From contig JAAILG010000605.1 of the NCBI GenBank assembly GCA_012026655.1, forward strand, positions 1 to 64,000: a DNA stretch of 64,000 nt. The letters run 5' to 3'. This DNA is from Hydrolagus affinis (taxonomy: Eukaryota). The position numbers were made by a program, and so were the translations under genes. This document shows, in pieces, positions 1 through 13,816 of this stretch. Numbering within the stretch: the first letter of the stretch is position 1; each line of letters opens with the position of its first letter. Under the pieces are notes generated by a model that was not told where the DNA came from, ran no database searches, and was given only the letters and a program-made list of their open reading frames with translations.

Positions 1-166
1 GGAGGTTGGAGATGGGTCGATAGTTTGATGGTTGCGACGCATCAAGGGAGGGTTTTTTGAGGATAGGGGTGATGGTGGCTGTTTTGAGGGAGGTAGGGAC
101 GGTGCCTGAGGAGAGGGAAAGGTTGATGGTGTCAGAAATGAGCGGGGCCAAAAGGTGGAGCTGGGT
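1..166 (-). mobile_element. 5'-truncated L2-clade LINE, ORF2 reverse-transcriptase region (continues off the window)
   Basis: Minus frame reads TQLHLLAPLISDTINLSLSSGTVPTSLKTATITPILKKPSLDASQPSNYRPISNL, a typical L2/CR1-group pre-RT motif with no stops. Confidence 0.9.
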
Positions 167-1344
167 GCGGATATGGCTGCTGTGGTCGTCTACAAGATAC
201 ATGGTCACCACACTTAACAATAAATCCTGTGAACTGCTTGAGATTTGAAAGGCACTGTACTGTATCAAATGCAACGGTTGTTAGTTATTGGTTGTTAATT
301 ATTGGTTGATATGCTAGATCATTTTACCTTTTCAATTTCCAACACGCTATTTATGCTACACAAACGTAATTTGGTTTTTGTTACTGCATGTACTTTTATG
401 GATGGCTCAAATTTGAAACATTGGAGGCGACGCAGATTAGACTTTCAACTGACCTCAATTGACTCTGTTCCGAAATCTATCATTTCTATAATCTGTAACT
501 GCAACAACAATGATTGATTGCATTTACATAATACCCTTTATGTGGGGTGGTGTCTCAGAGTGCTGAGCACCAAACTCAAGGATGGTTGGTGTGAAAATGG
601 AACAAAATTTATCTTCTGCTCCAATGCTGGTTGATTCCTTTGACTGGATAAAATCTAAACAATTTCTCTTGTTTGGTCCTGCAAAATGACTGGTTTCAGA
701 TTTCTAAACATTTTGAGGCCATTTACAGTTTACAGATGTGTTGGAAACCAAACCCATGGTGTCCCCTCTTTCAAAAATGGTCGATTCCAAGCTCTTTGGT
801 AAAATACAGCAAATATGCTTTACCTTCCTGTGACCTGACCAGAGACTAATCATCAGATATTCCCATATGACAGCACCGGCCACTCATAAGCAATTGGCAC
901 AAGTATTAGAATCGTGGAGCTTTAGAAGCACAACACGCACAGAAACTAGATAGTTGACTATGCTGTTACAGCAGGACTCATAACATTTTCTCCCAACGTA
1001 AAAAGCGCTATTTAAATACAATTTGTTTTCTTTGTTATTGGTGCCATTAGATAGGGACAGGAACAATATTTGTGGCTAGCTTTGTCACTGTGTTTTACAA
1101 ACTGTGTCCAAGAAACACCTGTATAAAAATAAGAAAAAATGCAGATTTCACTCTAAAACAGTGACATTTATCATGTACTGGAGTGCTTCAATAACCGTCA
1201 ATTGGAGACTGTTTTTGGTAATGTGTCAGACATCTTTAGAAAGACACAAAGGCCGACATGCCATGCGTGACATGAAGCTTTGCATACTTGGATAACATGT
1301 ATTAGAATAGGAAATTCCATTAAATGCTCACATCAAAGTGTGTT

Positions 1345-1487
1345 ACAACAACAACAATTTGCATTTATATAGCACTGCTCATGCAGGGTAGCACAGCAGT
1401 GATTGTCCGGCGCTTGGGATGTCCTCCTGACGTGAAAGGCGCTATACAAGTGTAATTTTGTTGTTGTTGTAGCATCCCAGAGCACTT
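1345..1487. mobile_element. Minus-strand L2-type tail interrupted by a plus-strand L2-type tail (1394-1468)
   Basis: (CAA)n-TTTGCATTTATATAGC on the left, GGCGCTATACAAGTGTAA-(GTT)n on the right, GTAGCA duplicated at 1388 and 1469. Confidence 0.75.
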
Positions 1488-3351
1488 ATGGTGCAACGTA
1501 TGTTATTGTGTTAAATACCTCAATAAGAAAGACGAGGTCAAATTAGACTGGCCTGAGTCAAAGCCTGCCGAACATCTGCATGGTGATGTTTTAAGCCCAA
1601 ATGAATTGTTTGCACACATGGTCATTCTTGCACAGGATATATTATTACTTTTTGGCTAAATAGAAATGGAAAAGCTAATGAAGTGGTAAAACATCAGTTT
1701 CAGATCTGCTAGAGTGCTACTTAAACAGAAACTGCTTATTGCAAAAGTGTCATTTAAAAACTTCACAATTTCCTGTTCACAATGAACGTTTTGCATTGTC
1801 CAACCACTGGTCCAAACTCTTCAAAGTAACACAGCGCACAATTCAGTAATGCGTGACACCCAAGCATATAGCAGCAGGAGCCTCAGCTAGCATTGCAAAG
1901 AATAGTCTAAGCTAAATTATTGCATGCCTTTCATTAAATCCATACATAGCTTACTCAGCACAATGCGACCATAAAACATGGTTCACTGTTTGACAGACAC
2001 TGGAATGCATTTGAAAGCTTTTGGGCATTTCCAAAGTTTCCTTTCAATTTTATAACCATTCTGTCAAAACACAAACTATAATATTTTAGAGGTTTCTCAA
2101 ATCAAAAAAGTATTAACCCTTTGAGTAAATAATATTCTTGGCACCTGGCATCTGACATCTAACAAGGAGAGTTTTTTCTGTATCTCTGCCATGAACTCTG
2201 AAGTGCAAGGTAGCTGCTAATTCAGTCCGTAAATTGTACAGCCCTAGTATCGTACCATAACTCTTCTTCTCAATTCAAACCAGATGCACAAAACACTGGA
2301 CACCAGTAGTTGGAAATCCTAATTTTACTTTGTTCCCACAAAAGACAGTGGTATGAGCAATGGATAAGGCACTGCAGTCATTCTGGCCAGTTGAGTAACA
2401 GCAAGTCTTATAAAGCACCAGGCAACCAATCCTTCACAACAATACAGAGGAGATCACAGGTAAAATTAACATTCAACATTTCTTGCCACAACACACTTAA
2501 AATGCGCTGTTAACATATTTATGCATTCGATCTCAAAATATTGGCAACACATAAGTTACAGATAGTGTAAAATCCTAAGGCAAGAGTAAATGATACTCTG
2601 TTACTGTGAAAACCCATGTCACTAACATTTCAATGTGTTTCAACAGATGGGAAATGTCAGTTAAGTTCCTATATCAACAACCATTAGAGAATCCTGAAGG
2701 AGGTGCTGCTTTACATTTACTGCGGTTACCAGAGCATTCCTGTCCAGGTTTTGGCTGAGTCTTTTCACATTGAGCCATCTGATATCTTGTTGTTTGTGCG
2801 ACTAAGGAATATATAACAGTGTAGAACAATTCTGTAGTACAGCGTGAGAGTTTAACTGTTGTCTACAGATGAGAATTCACAACTTCAGAATTTGGCTTTG
2901 GAAAAATGCTCAATAACAATTATACTGTGTTATGCCATACCCAAATGCCAAACCAAATGAAGCAAAGATCTCTCCATCACACTGTTAAAAAGCAATCAAG
3001 TCAAATACTCCCACTAGATACACAAAAAAAGTTGATATAAAATGATACTTTTCATACAGCTTGCTGTATACTATAGCACATCCTTCTACACTACACCAAT
3101 GCTCTACACCATTATGTCTATCACACCACCTTTATGATAGATAGCCTTTTCTCATTCCATATTTTCCTATGTGTCTGCCTAAGCAACTCCCTTTGTTCCA
3201 ATGCTGCTATCACCATTGCAATACTCGCAAAGGAATAAAAATAATTCATAAACGTTGAATCCGATTGGCAATCGATGTCGGTGAAGGAGATTACAGATTT
3301 CCTGTAGCATTCGACTTGTGTAATTGATTATTTATGAATCCTTGGTAAATC

Positions 3352-3517
3352 CTAATGTGAATAGTGGGGTGCATTCCTCCGGGGGGAAAGCACACATTTG
3401 TGTTCTACTCCAAACCCAGAGAAATCTCCCTGTGTAAGTGGAATACATGCGCAGAAATCCCAGTCTGGTTTGGACACTCCTAGGCACGGTGACGGGTGTC
3501 CACATGTGTCAGAAACC
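3352..3517 (-). repeat. Unclassified old interspersed repeat, copy 1
   Basis: The reverse complement aligns by eye to 50708-50845 (CTGACACA..CCGTGC..TCCAAACCAGAC..TACACA.GGA.ATTTC..GGA.TGCACC). Strand is relative to copy 2. Confidence 0.55.
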
Positions 3518-4635
3518 TGCTTGACCAAAAAGGACAGGTTGTGAAGAGCATCTTTCGAGCTCCGCTTCAGTACACTACATCGCTGCCTTCGATGCTCTAA
3601 AAACATTCACGCTGAAAATTATATGGTGTGGTCTGCTAAACAGCTCCGATTGTTGAAATTGTAAGTGGGTTACATTGAGCTGATGTCTCAATTGGTGTGA
3701 ATCACCATTTCAGGAGTACAGAACAATTCACAATAAACACACACACAGAATGATTCAGGAGGATAGTCACAAGCACAGTATTGGCTGCCAAGTTTATACA
3801 GGTGCAACCCAGCCTTTCAGCCACAGGAATATGCTATAAGTATAACTTTAAGTACAGTATTAAAACAATCCTATATTCTTTATTTTTGCTACTTTTTTAT
3901 GAGGTCGTATTCAATCCAGGGGTCCAAATAGCATTCAATGGCTGCTCGGCTGAAGTTTCATAGTCAGCTACAGGAAGTGCAGTCTCTGGCTTTGGAGCTA
4001 CTTTTAAAAGTAGGAGTACTGTATTTATTCAGTGGATTCCCCTAACTGGAATTTTCAATTTTCCACCCAAGACAGCAATAAAGATGGAATGATAATAATG
4101 GGGTTTTGGTCCAGTGGGAAGGCGCTTCCCTCTGAGAAGCATCCGGATGAAGCACTTCACCATAAAATACATCCTTGTAAAGCAATACATTGCTCCAGAA
4201 AGACAAACCTCCCACCTGCTTGAGCTTTTGTTCACATAGCAACATCAGCAGAGCACAAGCTCCACATTCAACTCTTACTCAGGCTCATGGACACTGGTGT
4301 TTGGAAACACTGTGAAGCACACAGCTAAACAAGCTGCTCATTTCGTCAACACAAACATTCACAGTAAATCAAAAGAAATGCAAAATGATAACTTTACTGT
4401 CAAAGGCGCCAAGCAAACAGTAGCACAGCATAAAACATAAGGTAAAGACAGATAAGGTCAGTGAATCGAGCAATAAGGTGAACAGGTATGTTACTTCTTT
4501 ATGGTTGAACTTACTCCAATTTTAAGAAGACTTTGGTTACGTTGCCCATTGAGAGGAATCAGACAATTGCACCAGATTTATGAAACAATAAAGCTACAGT
4601 ATGTGGAAAAAGCTGTAAAAAGTTATTAAACTTAC

Positions 4636-4741
4636 TTGTGACCAAGTTCGTGCGCAATGGTAAAGGCAAGGTTAAGTCCATTATCTTCAGCAAGCACACA
4701 CTTTCTTTTAGCATTGCAGGTTCCTCCAAGGTATGCAATTC
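4636..4741 (-). CDS. ADAMTS17: ADAMTS17 exon 8 ([36 protein letters not shown]), 106 nt, first half of the zinc-binding HExxHxxGxxH motif
   Basis: Manual translation. Acceptor poly-T AACAG, donor CAA|GTAAGT. HELGH motif present. The next exon (LGMNHD) was not found in 1-4635, so the gene continues beyond the window. Confidence 0.97.
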
Positions 4742-5760
4742 CTGTTAAAAAAAAAAATCCCAAAAATGGTGATTTGTATGTCAAAGTGAAATTGCCTTTT
4801 ATTCATGGTCTGGTTATAATGGACTAGAGGAGGAATGTGTCAGAACTAACATTAGTTAGGCTTCATTTAGATGCCATCAAACCACTCAAAAGGCATGTCT
4901 GCAAATGTTGACATTGAAATAAGATCCTGGGTCTCCATAAAGATATGCTGAGAGCTCCGTGCAACACTGGAGCTGGTACTATATAGATATCTATCATGTC
5001 ATTCTGTCGCCTGAAATCAGAAGCAGAATTTTCTGTCTACATTTTCAGAGCTAGTGTCACTAATGTACAACCAATGACTCCACACTTGTTCAGAGCATTC
5101 AGACCAGCATGATGGTGCAAAAGTGGACCAGACCTATAAGAAAAATCTATTTAAAGCCAGGACTTTTACATAATCCTCTCCAACTGGGCCATTTTCCAGG
5201 CCATCTGGTTCATCACATAAACTTGAATATGCCACGCATTTTATCGTCAGTTGTTGTTAAAGGGACCCGCTCCAGGTTTCTGTGGTACCTTAAAGAAAGT
5301 GAATTCCGGTAACAAAGAGAATAAAGGGTTTTCAGCAACTCAGTGATGTCATCAAACTCACCACTAAACCTGGGAGAGATCCAGACCATGTGGGAGAGAC
5401 TGCCAACGCCTCTGCTATCTTTAGAGATTATAATTATAGGGCATCAGCAGTGAAGTCAGTCAAGGGTGCAGTTTGCCCAGTGCAGGAATTTAAGATGACT
5501 ATGATTAAGTTAATCCTGTGTACTGTTTTAACACAAGTCTGTCTTGCTAGGGTTTGGAAGCCAATGCGACGAGTGATATCACCAATTTATTTCTGAAGCT
5601 TTACAGATGCTTAGTAAATTATACAGTATATATTTTTAGGAATGCATCTCACGTTCAATAATTGATAATCCTTTATCCTAACTGGTTTTGGGTGTTAAAT
5701 GAAGCTCGAATACTACACATGAGGAGCTCTCAGAAACAAAATACACTTCATAGCAAACTC

Positions 5761-5825
5761 CTGTGAGGCACCTTGAGATATCTTCCATTTGTGAAAGGAA
5801 CTATAAATACAAGGATTATTATTAA
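5761..5825 (+). mobile_element. SINE 3' tail fragment
   Basis: CTGTGAGGCACCTTGAGATATC...TATAAATACAAGGATTATTATT. Confidence 0.6.
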
Positions 5826-8800
5826 TAAACAAGAAAGTTCTTTGAATTAAAGTTGTGAGGAATCAACTGCATCTTGACAAATAAGTTGCGTGCTGTGATT
5901 CATCCTTTGGAAAGAGTGGGAGGCACTGCAGCTCTGCTTGTCAAAATGAAGCCACTGCATGAATGAAGACATCACATTGCCCAAGTGTGTTGTCACATTA
6001 TAAATAGTCAAGACACAAGAGAGTACAACACCAAATAAATTTTAGATTTTTGGAAGAGCACTGATCCAAGTTGAAGTCAATACTGAAATCGTTCAGTTAT
6101 TGACTGTTTACAGATGCTGTGAAGATTAGTTCTAATGACCCACTGATAAGCCACATCCTGCAAATTTCCATTCAGAAAGTCAAGAGTCTTGCCAACTTCA
6201 TCCATATTTCAGGCTGCGGAGCACATACAATACCATATACATAGTGTTTCGAATTTGCTCCCAGTCCTTGGGTTTCCTATTGTAATTGCTCGAAAGGGCA
6301 AGTTGCCTATTTATTGTGACAGAATCAATTGGCCCTGAGCTACAAGAGGGAAGTATGGGTAATAATTATACAGTAAATCATGGCTGTTATCTGTATGGGG
6401 CTGGGGGAAGACAGTAAACTGAGCCAAATCCTATTGAACCATGTTTTTAAAGCTACAGTGTCTAACAGACCGTTTCATTTAAATGAAATTAGAAAATAAT
6501 AACTGCAGCTGAAATGCCAAACGTTTTAATTAATAGAATATGGACAGCTTGGCTCCTTCATGTTGTGCTGTTTTTATGATGCAGAGAAATGACTTTCCTC
6601 CCACCGTGAATATGATATGAAGCAAGAGGTCAAGATTAATTTATTCTTCCAGCTTCATAGTGCACAGCCTGAAGTCAGGGTTTGCTTTCAATATTCTTAG
6701 TTCGTTAGTCACACAGCCAGCTCTCAAACAGTATTGACAAACAAACGGTCTCAGGGGAAACCACCGGGAAGCAAACTGACTAGCTGAATTTTATACAATG
6801 TTAGGAATTATAGCTTAACAGAAAGCCATTTGGCCCATCAAGCCTATACGGGTGCAAGTGATAGCTTATCCCAATTCTTCACATTTTAACAGGACATTTT
6901 TATATTGTTTCTCTTCAAATACATACTCACCTGATACCTTTCTACGGCCTGAGCTTCAATAGACAACAGCGGCAAAGCATTTCACGGTCTAAAATTATGA
7001 GTGGAATAAACATGTTGATCTGGCCCCAGAACGACAGCTCAGGAGATGTACTCTAGCAGTTCCAAGCTCCACAATCAGATGGAAATAAAGTTCAGTTCCC
7101 AGTCCTGCTGTGACTACAAGGCATCTGCCGATTGCAATGAATCTCACATGTACTCAGTTGGGCGCTTTCTTTGGAGCACCTGGCAGTCACAGAAGTATGG
7201 CAGCAAAGCGAGGGAGAGTGGTTTAGATCTCTCAGCCGATCTCAAGGTATTGGAACTGAGGACATTCATAGGGAAAGTGCACTCAGAACAATGGCAGTTA
7301 TTAAAGCGTTATTCAAGATTCCCTCTGCAAAGGCCCATCTACACTTCAAAATCTTCAACTATTTGTATTTTATATCTTCCTGTTTATGTTTGACTGCTAT
7401 ACTATGGCCACAAATTATATCACAAACACCTGGTCACTGAGCTCATAGCTGAACAGGGCTGAACTTGAGGACAGAATGAGGTTCCAGTTAAATTATCCTG
7501 AAGGCTCGATGGTTAAAGAACTCAACGACTAAATTCTTTTCAAGCCAACATCAAACAAAACCCAGAAGGATGACAGGGAAGGACATGTTATTCTAGCTTT
7601 TAATGTATATCCAGTTACATTCCTTTCATATTTTATAAGGAACGCTTTCAGCTGGTCAAGACCATGTCGCCCTTATTCCTCGCCTTTTAAAATGTTAAAC
7701 CAAATTGTACAAGAATGACAACCACCACCCAAGAATATTGATTTGCATTCACGACTGAAGTAATGATGAATATCAATATTACTGTACACGGTCAAGTGTC
7801 TCTGTTGCGTTGTTAAGTCTGATTTACAATTTCTGGCCTATCGTTAGCAAACTAATGAATAATTTGATGGGGATTATATTTCAAATGGATGCCTGATACC
7901 AGAATGTTGCAATAACATTCCCGGAACACGCCGGTCCAGGGAGAGCCGTTTATGGGTTCTGTTGAAGGATTCTGAAAAGCTGTTGGAAAGGCCGATGGAA
8001 TGGTTTCTCTCAGGATCTAGGTTTTACTTGCATCAGAGTTGCAGCTGATAAATTCAACAGAATGGTTAAAGAACAAAAAAAAAGGGGGGAGCATTTAAAG
8101 AGGGATGCATCAAAAGGCAACATTACCTTAAATTTTAACAAAATCTCTTTCAATATAGGGGAACCTCAGCATGACTTTAGGTCCTGTACACTACGCACTG
8201 GGGTGAATACTACAGAACAAGGATTAGAAGGCGTGGAACTGGCTTAAGGGGATATAAGACAGCATGGGTGAAGGAACGAATAATAGGGCAAAGGCAGTAA
8301 TGCTTAAAATGAAAGGATGGCATGGGGCGAGTGGAAATTGAATGCTCAGTAAGATCAATAATAACGCCCAGCAGGGTTATGAAGAAAGACTCTCATAATA
8401 TAAATATTAATCTGTGAGGTGACCTACAGTATCGCCAGTAATTAAAAGGTTTTTTCAAACAACATTTGGGCACACTGAGATGTGCACTGAGAGTGCCAGA
8501 TTTTCCCAGTCTCCCTCATTCTTCCTGCTGGGAATCCAACAATAAAAGCTCTCTGGATCTGCATAAACAACACACAAACACACTCACACACACCATCTCC
8601 TTGGCATCTGCGCCTGAGTCCACATGACATCCCCTTTGTCAACTTCTCTGCTGGAAACTGATATCAGCTGATTTTCAGATCATCTTCTTTCCTTTCTTCT
8701 AATTCTCAGCAGCAGGTTCATAAAATGTATAGAATTGGTTACTATCATTATACCATACAGCGAATAAAATCATATCAGAAAGTCCTGGCAGGATCTCTGC

Positions 8801-10172
8801 ATTAAAGATGCAGTTTGATAAAAACAAAATTGTCATCTAATGAATTGCATTTATTCTCTCTATTTCGGTCTTGAAAAGCCTTCTGAAAATCTACCTCTTC
8901 CCATGCCTACAGATCATGCCCTCTCTGCTCAAAACCCCCAACTTCCTTACTCAGTGATTATCTCTATAAAATACTCTAGTAATATTCCCTGATGTGAAAG
9001 TCAAAAATACAAATGAAAACTACTGTATATTCAAAACTGCATTCCTCCCTCGGACAATAAGTATACTGCTTTACGTAGAAAACTTGGTAAGAAGTCTTAC
9101 ATGTTACACCTTGGTAATGCAAATCCTGAGCAACCCAACTGATGCTCTCTTGTGAAGCTGTGTTGGTAAATGCTTTAGAAATCTATATGCAGGCCCAATG
9201 AAATTTGGGGACTGTGTAAATTTCTTTAAAATGTCTTGAGCCTGGTCGCCGAACTAACAAATGCTTATTCAGAAGCCGCCTTTACAGAAATGCTACTTTA
9301 GTCCAGTTTCAGACTAGATTGCTGAAAACAGGTTTGACTGTATTGGATTAATTCATTGACTCACTTGTCGGAAATGTGAGCCGAATTTAAACAACTTGCT
9401 TTTACATGGAGCCCATCATATAGAATAATATCTTGCAGCCCTTTATAGTGGTAGAAACAGAAGCTGAGTAGGGGGGAGGGGGAGAAACAAGGATCTCCAT
9501 AACCATGGTCAAATAGGTTAATGTTAAACGTCATCCAAACCAATCTTGTGATCCATAAATAAGTTCAATAGCAAATTAAAAAATTTATGGTGGGGGGGAA
9601 AAAAAACCTTGCCTTACATTCAGAACTGTACATACAGCATATCTTTGGCTGACCAGTTTTGACCAGTGTCCCTTTCTAACCCTGGTAAACTTTGTTATAT
9701 CTTCATCCTCCTGGCTAGAGATTGGCAATGGGAGTTGCAGTGCAATTACAATTGTTTACGGACTGAAATCCGGCACCACTTGAATGCAATGTCTTGAAGC
9801 TCAGATCAGAATCATGCAGATTTGATTGGAAACAATGCGACTTTAACCTTATCTTTTTACCTTAATGATGGAAGGCAGTCATTAAAGAATTCCTCGAATA
9901 GTCTGCATTCTTTCTTTGCTTGGATAATATTGTTAATATCTGCCCTAGTTAATGCCACGGCAGCTCATTTACAAGCTGATGGGGGTTGGTGCCTCCACTG
10001 AGACATCAAACGTTACTGGGTCATTGATAAAATAAACTACACTGTAACTCACAGAACCAAACAAGGGGGGGTCTGTTAGAAGTTAGCTTATTTTACCTCA
10101 AATTCCTAATTTTCTATTTGCGCTCTTTTGTTGCAGTACACCTGAAAGCCCAGATTTGTCCTCATCCTTATT

Positions 10173-10288
10173 AATAATAATAATAATCAACCTTGCATTA
10201 AATGTAGCATTTTATCACACCATTGAGACATCTCAAACGTCACAGAATATTCTGTTAACTGAATTGACTGTATTTTGTGGGCAAAACG
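10173..10288 (-). mobile_element. SINE 3' fragment
   Basis: (TAA)n CCTTGCATT...ACAGAATAT...GAATTGACTGTATTTTGTGGGC is the reverse complement of the family tail. Confidence 0.7.
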
Positions 10289-11393
10289 CAATGAATTGGA
10301 GACGTCAATGGACAGTCTTGAAAAGCGTCCTCTGCAGTTTTGAAAAACTGCTGTCAATGAACATGAAGGTGTACTCTACAGTTTTTTTTAAACCAGTATT
10401 CTTTCAAGGACAACTTTCGAATGGTAAGCAGCACCTAATATGACGTTTAGCCACCAAAGCAAGTTAACCAACTTGCAAAACGGCAAACATATATGAACGG
10501 TTGTGCATCTGCCAAAGCAAATCTTCCTATTGCATGAGTGTATAGCTGCAGATCTGGAAAATTGTGACGAAAGTATCATCATATCCTTAAGTTTCACATA
10601 GCACCTTTCACAAGACGTGAAAAAGACGTCAAGATGGTGACAATGATGGCATGGAAATGGATTAATTATTTCACTCAATATTTCAGTCAACTTCTATTTT
10701 ACTCAACTCCTTTCACGGTGCCCCACTTTAGGTTGGGAAAATTCGGGACAATGCAGTCGTCATTTCATGAGTAATTATTAAAATGAAATTCCTCAGGAAC
10801 AGTCGCAAAGCTTGGAAACCGATTGCTAGATAGGAAGCGGTTGATAAGGACATGCCCACAAGTTTGCCCACATAAAAGGAAAGTATTCAAACCAAGAGAA
10901 CTCTAGATTTTAGATTAAGTGGTAAACTATTGCAAAATATAATTCTCCAAGGAGCCTTCCACCTAGGAGCCCTGGAGCCCTCATTTGTTTTTTTTAGCAA
11001 AGGTTAATCTAAGGCCAATGAATTATTATGTCTATAAAATAAATGATTATTACAGGAATGTAATTTGTTTTCAAAAGTGGCTTATTTGTAGACAATACTT
11101 CCCCAGAAGCCTGACGATTGCTAGTTGTATTTCTGCAGAAGTTATTATAAAAGCACATTATTTTTACACAACCCCATTGACAACAGTTTTTGTGGTGACT
11201 TGTACAACTAGATTCAGCAATCACTTTTTAATAGCTTTTGTCAACAAATAATTAAACACAAGTCAATAATTGTGATATTACTTGCTATAAGCTGACTCTA
11301 TTTAGATTTAATGTGGCCTTTTAAAATGTGGTTTGTTCATTCCAAAATGTCATACATGAAAAATAAAGAGAACCAGGCAAAGCATCTTCAATA

Positions 11394-11785
11394 CAGATAG
11401 ACTGGAAAGTGTGTCTTTAAGCGAAACGACATTAAGTGAATAAATTTTTCCCATAAGAATGAATGTAAAAACTGGAGTTAGGTTCTTTTGGACATTTTTC
11501 ATCAAAAGTTTCTGGAAAAAACCATTATACTCGCTCCCTGAATGCCTTCCCGGCTCACTCACTCGCTCCCTGACTGCCTGCCCGCCTCACTCACTCACTG
11601 CCGGTCTCTCTCATTGCCGGCGTGACTCACTCCCAGGTCCTAGCGCCGTCCTGCCCCCTTTTCACCCGCTGGTGAACAACGTAATAGCGAACATGGCAAC
11701 GTTAAATGAAAATATGTTCCCAATGTATTAGCAACATAATAACGAAGAAACATTAACCAAGGTGACGTTATGGGGGGTCTACCTG
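11394..11785. mobile_element. Probable non-autonomous Tc1/mariner (pogo/Tigger-like) DNA transposon remnant
   Basis: TA|CAGATAGAC at the left and GTCTACCTG|TA at the right (8/9 inverted match, TA target duplication). Internal AAGCGAAACGAC..TTTTCCCATA..AATGTAAA motif and a GC-rich CACT/CTCG interior that contrasts with the flanks. Confidence 0.5.
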
Positions 11786-13816
11786 TATAATGGTTGAAAT
11801 TAATCTCAGTTTCAATCTAGTAAATTTACATTCTCCAAGTGTTGTTTCTAAATAAAACATTAGACTGCCAGCTGTCACAGCCATAGAAGAAAGCTACTGT
11901 ACAAATCGCTTGGCCTTGTTGTCAAAATTTGGACAACAAACTAATACTCAACCTACTCTTAAACACTAAAATAGTTAACAATTGAGATAAACTTTGAAAT
12001 AACTTGGCTGCCTGGCACTCTCCAGCTGTGATACAACACCTTCTGAGACAACAAGACTGAGTCAGGTCAGTATATTGAAGATCCTTCGCCTGGTGCAAAT
12101 TCTCTTCATTCTTCATGCGTGACATTTTGGAATAAGCAAATCACGTTTTAAAATGTGAAGGAAACATCTGCTGAGAGTGAATGCAGAGATCTTCTCTTGT
12201 TTCTGCTCAACAGCAATTCATTTATATTCAAATTCCACAAGGAAAGAGAAGATATGATCTTTTGACAACGTCCACACAGCAGCCAGAACTGTATAAACTG
12301 ACAGAATTGCAAGCAAACATGTTTGATGTTTTTTTTTCTGATCTATAAGCAGACATCCCCAGGCACTGCAGTCAATCACTACCTTGGCGTTTAGACATTG
12401 GAAGAGAACCTCTTTTTGCTTTTGCCAAATTGAAATGCCTGTCAGGTAAAACATTGAAAGATGCAAAGAATACAGATTGATGTTCGCAGCTGCAAAAACG
12501 AAATCTGCCTAAACACGAGGCTTCTATTTTGATTCAACAAGTTGAGATTCAACTCTTGTTTTAAAAGGTATCAATGAACTAGAAAACATGGGCAAAAAAA
12601 AATCTCAAACAGAAACAAATGAACAAAAATCAGGTAGAGTATATTTATCATTGTAACAATATTGTTGCTAATTACAATGAAAATTGCTAGATTTTGAATT
12701 GCAAAGATATTCTATTTGCATAAAGATATTGTTGCTGCTACGTCTGCATCTCTATTGATATCATTCATCTACAAAATAGTCACCGACACTTTACAGCAAA
12801 TTCTGGGAAGTGCTTCAAGATGTCTTCCTGATGTGAAAGAGTGTAGATCAATTGTAAGGATTAATCGGTGGTTTATCTATTAAACGCACCATTTATCTGG
12901 AATGAAATCAACGAGATTTATTTTTGATTGAAAACAACTTCTATTGACGAGTTCTCATTGAAGTGAATAAGTAAATCGCATAAATACAGGTACAAAGCAT
13001 AACATCCTTTTTAATTATGAAACAGTGGGTTTGCTTTGAAACCACACCGAAGGACCCGACAGACTTGATTCTGGTCAATACCTTGCCGCAAGAGTTTCAT
13101 TTTACCCCAAAAAATCTAACCTGTGAATTCTGACGGTTAACAGGTTCATGACACACGTGCCAGCAACATTTGTGGGTAAATCTGGTAATGGTTTAAGAAA
13201 CAGAGTCATCTTCACAGGCTGCTAACCAAATCCAAATTATACCAATCCATCATACTCCTCCAGATATTTAAACATAAAGAAAACTTAAATTAGCTTTTCA
13301 ATTCCACTGCTGCCCAAAGAGAAACCACATAAGCCTTGAGTTTGCTGGGTTCTTAAGTCTCAGCATTTTGAAACTATCGCAGGCAGATTTCCATATCCTT
13401 GTCTTGTTACAGTGCAATGATTATAATTAGGGAGCACTCAGTCCCCTGGGCCATCCACAAACTGTCTTGTAGGGCGCTTTGAAGTTGTAAAATGCCCCAA
13501 ACAAGTCTCATTGTAATTATGGCTGGGGAAACCAGTTTGAAGCAAAGTCAGGAAACGGCTTAGGGTTGTGGGTTCCCCGCTTCGGAATGCAAGAGAGGAA
13601 AACAAATTCTAGAGCCACACAAATGAGACGAGATGAAAAAGTAAAACTTTCAAAGATTGCAAAACGTACTACTTTCGTTAAATTCTAGGTACTACTACCT
13701 AGAATTTTTTTTTATCGTTTGGGATTCTTTAAGAATAAAAAAAAGTTATGCTTAGTAGCATCATTCATGGTGGGAGGACGTCTTACACAGCGTCACAGAA
13801 TATTATAGGGTGTCCT

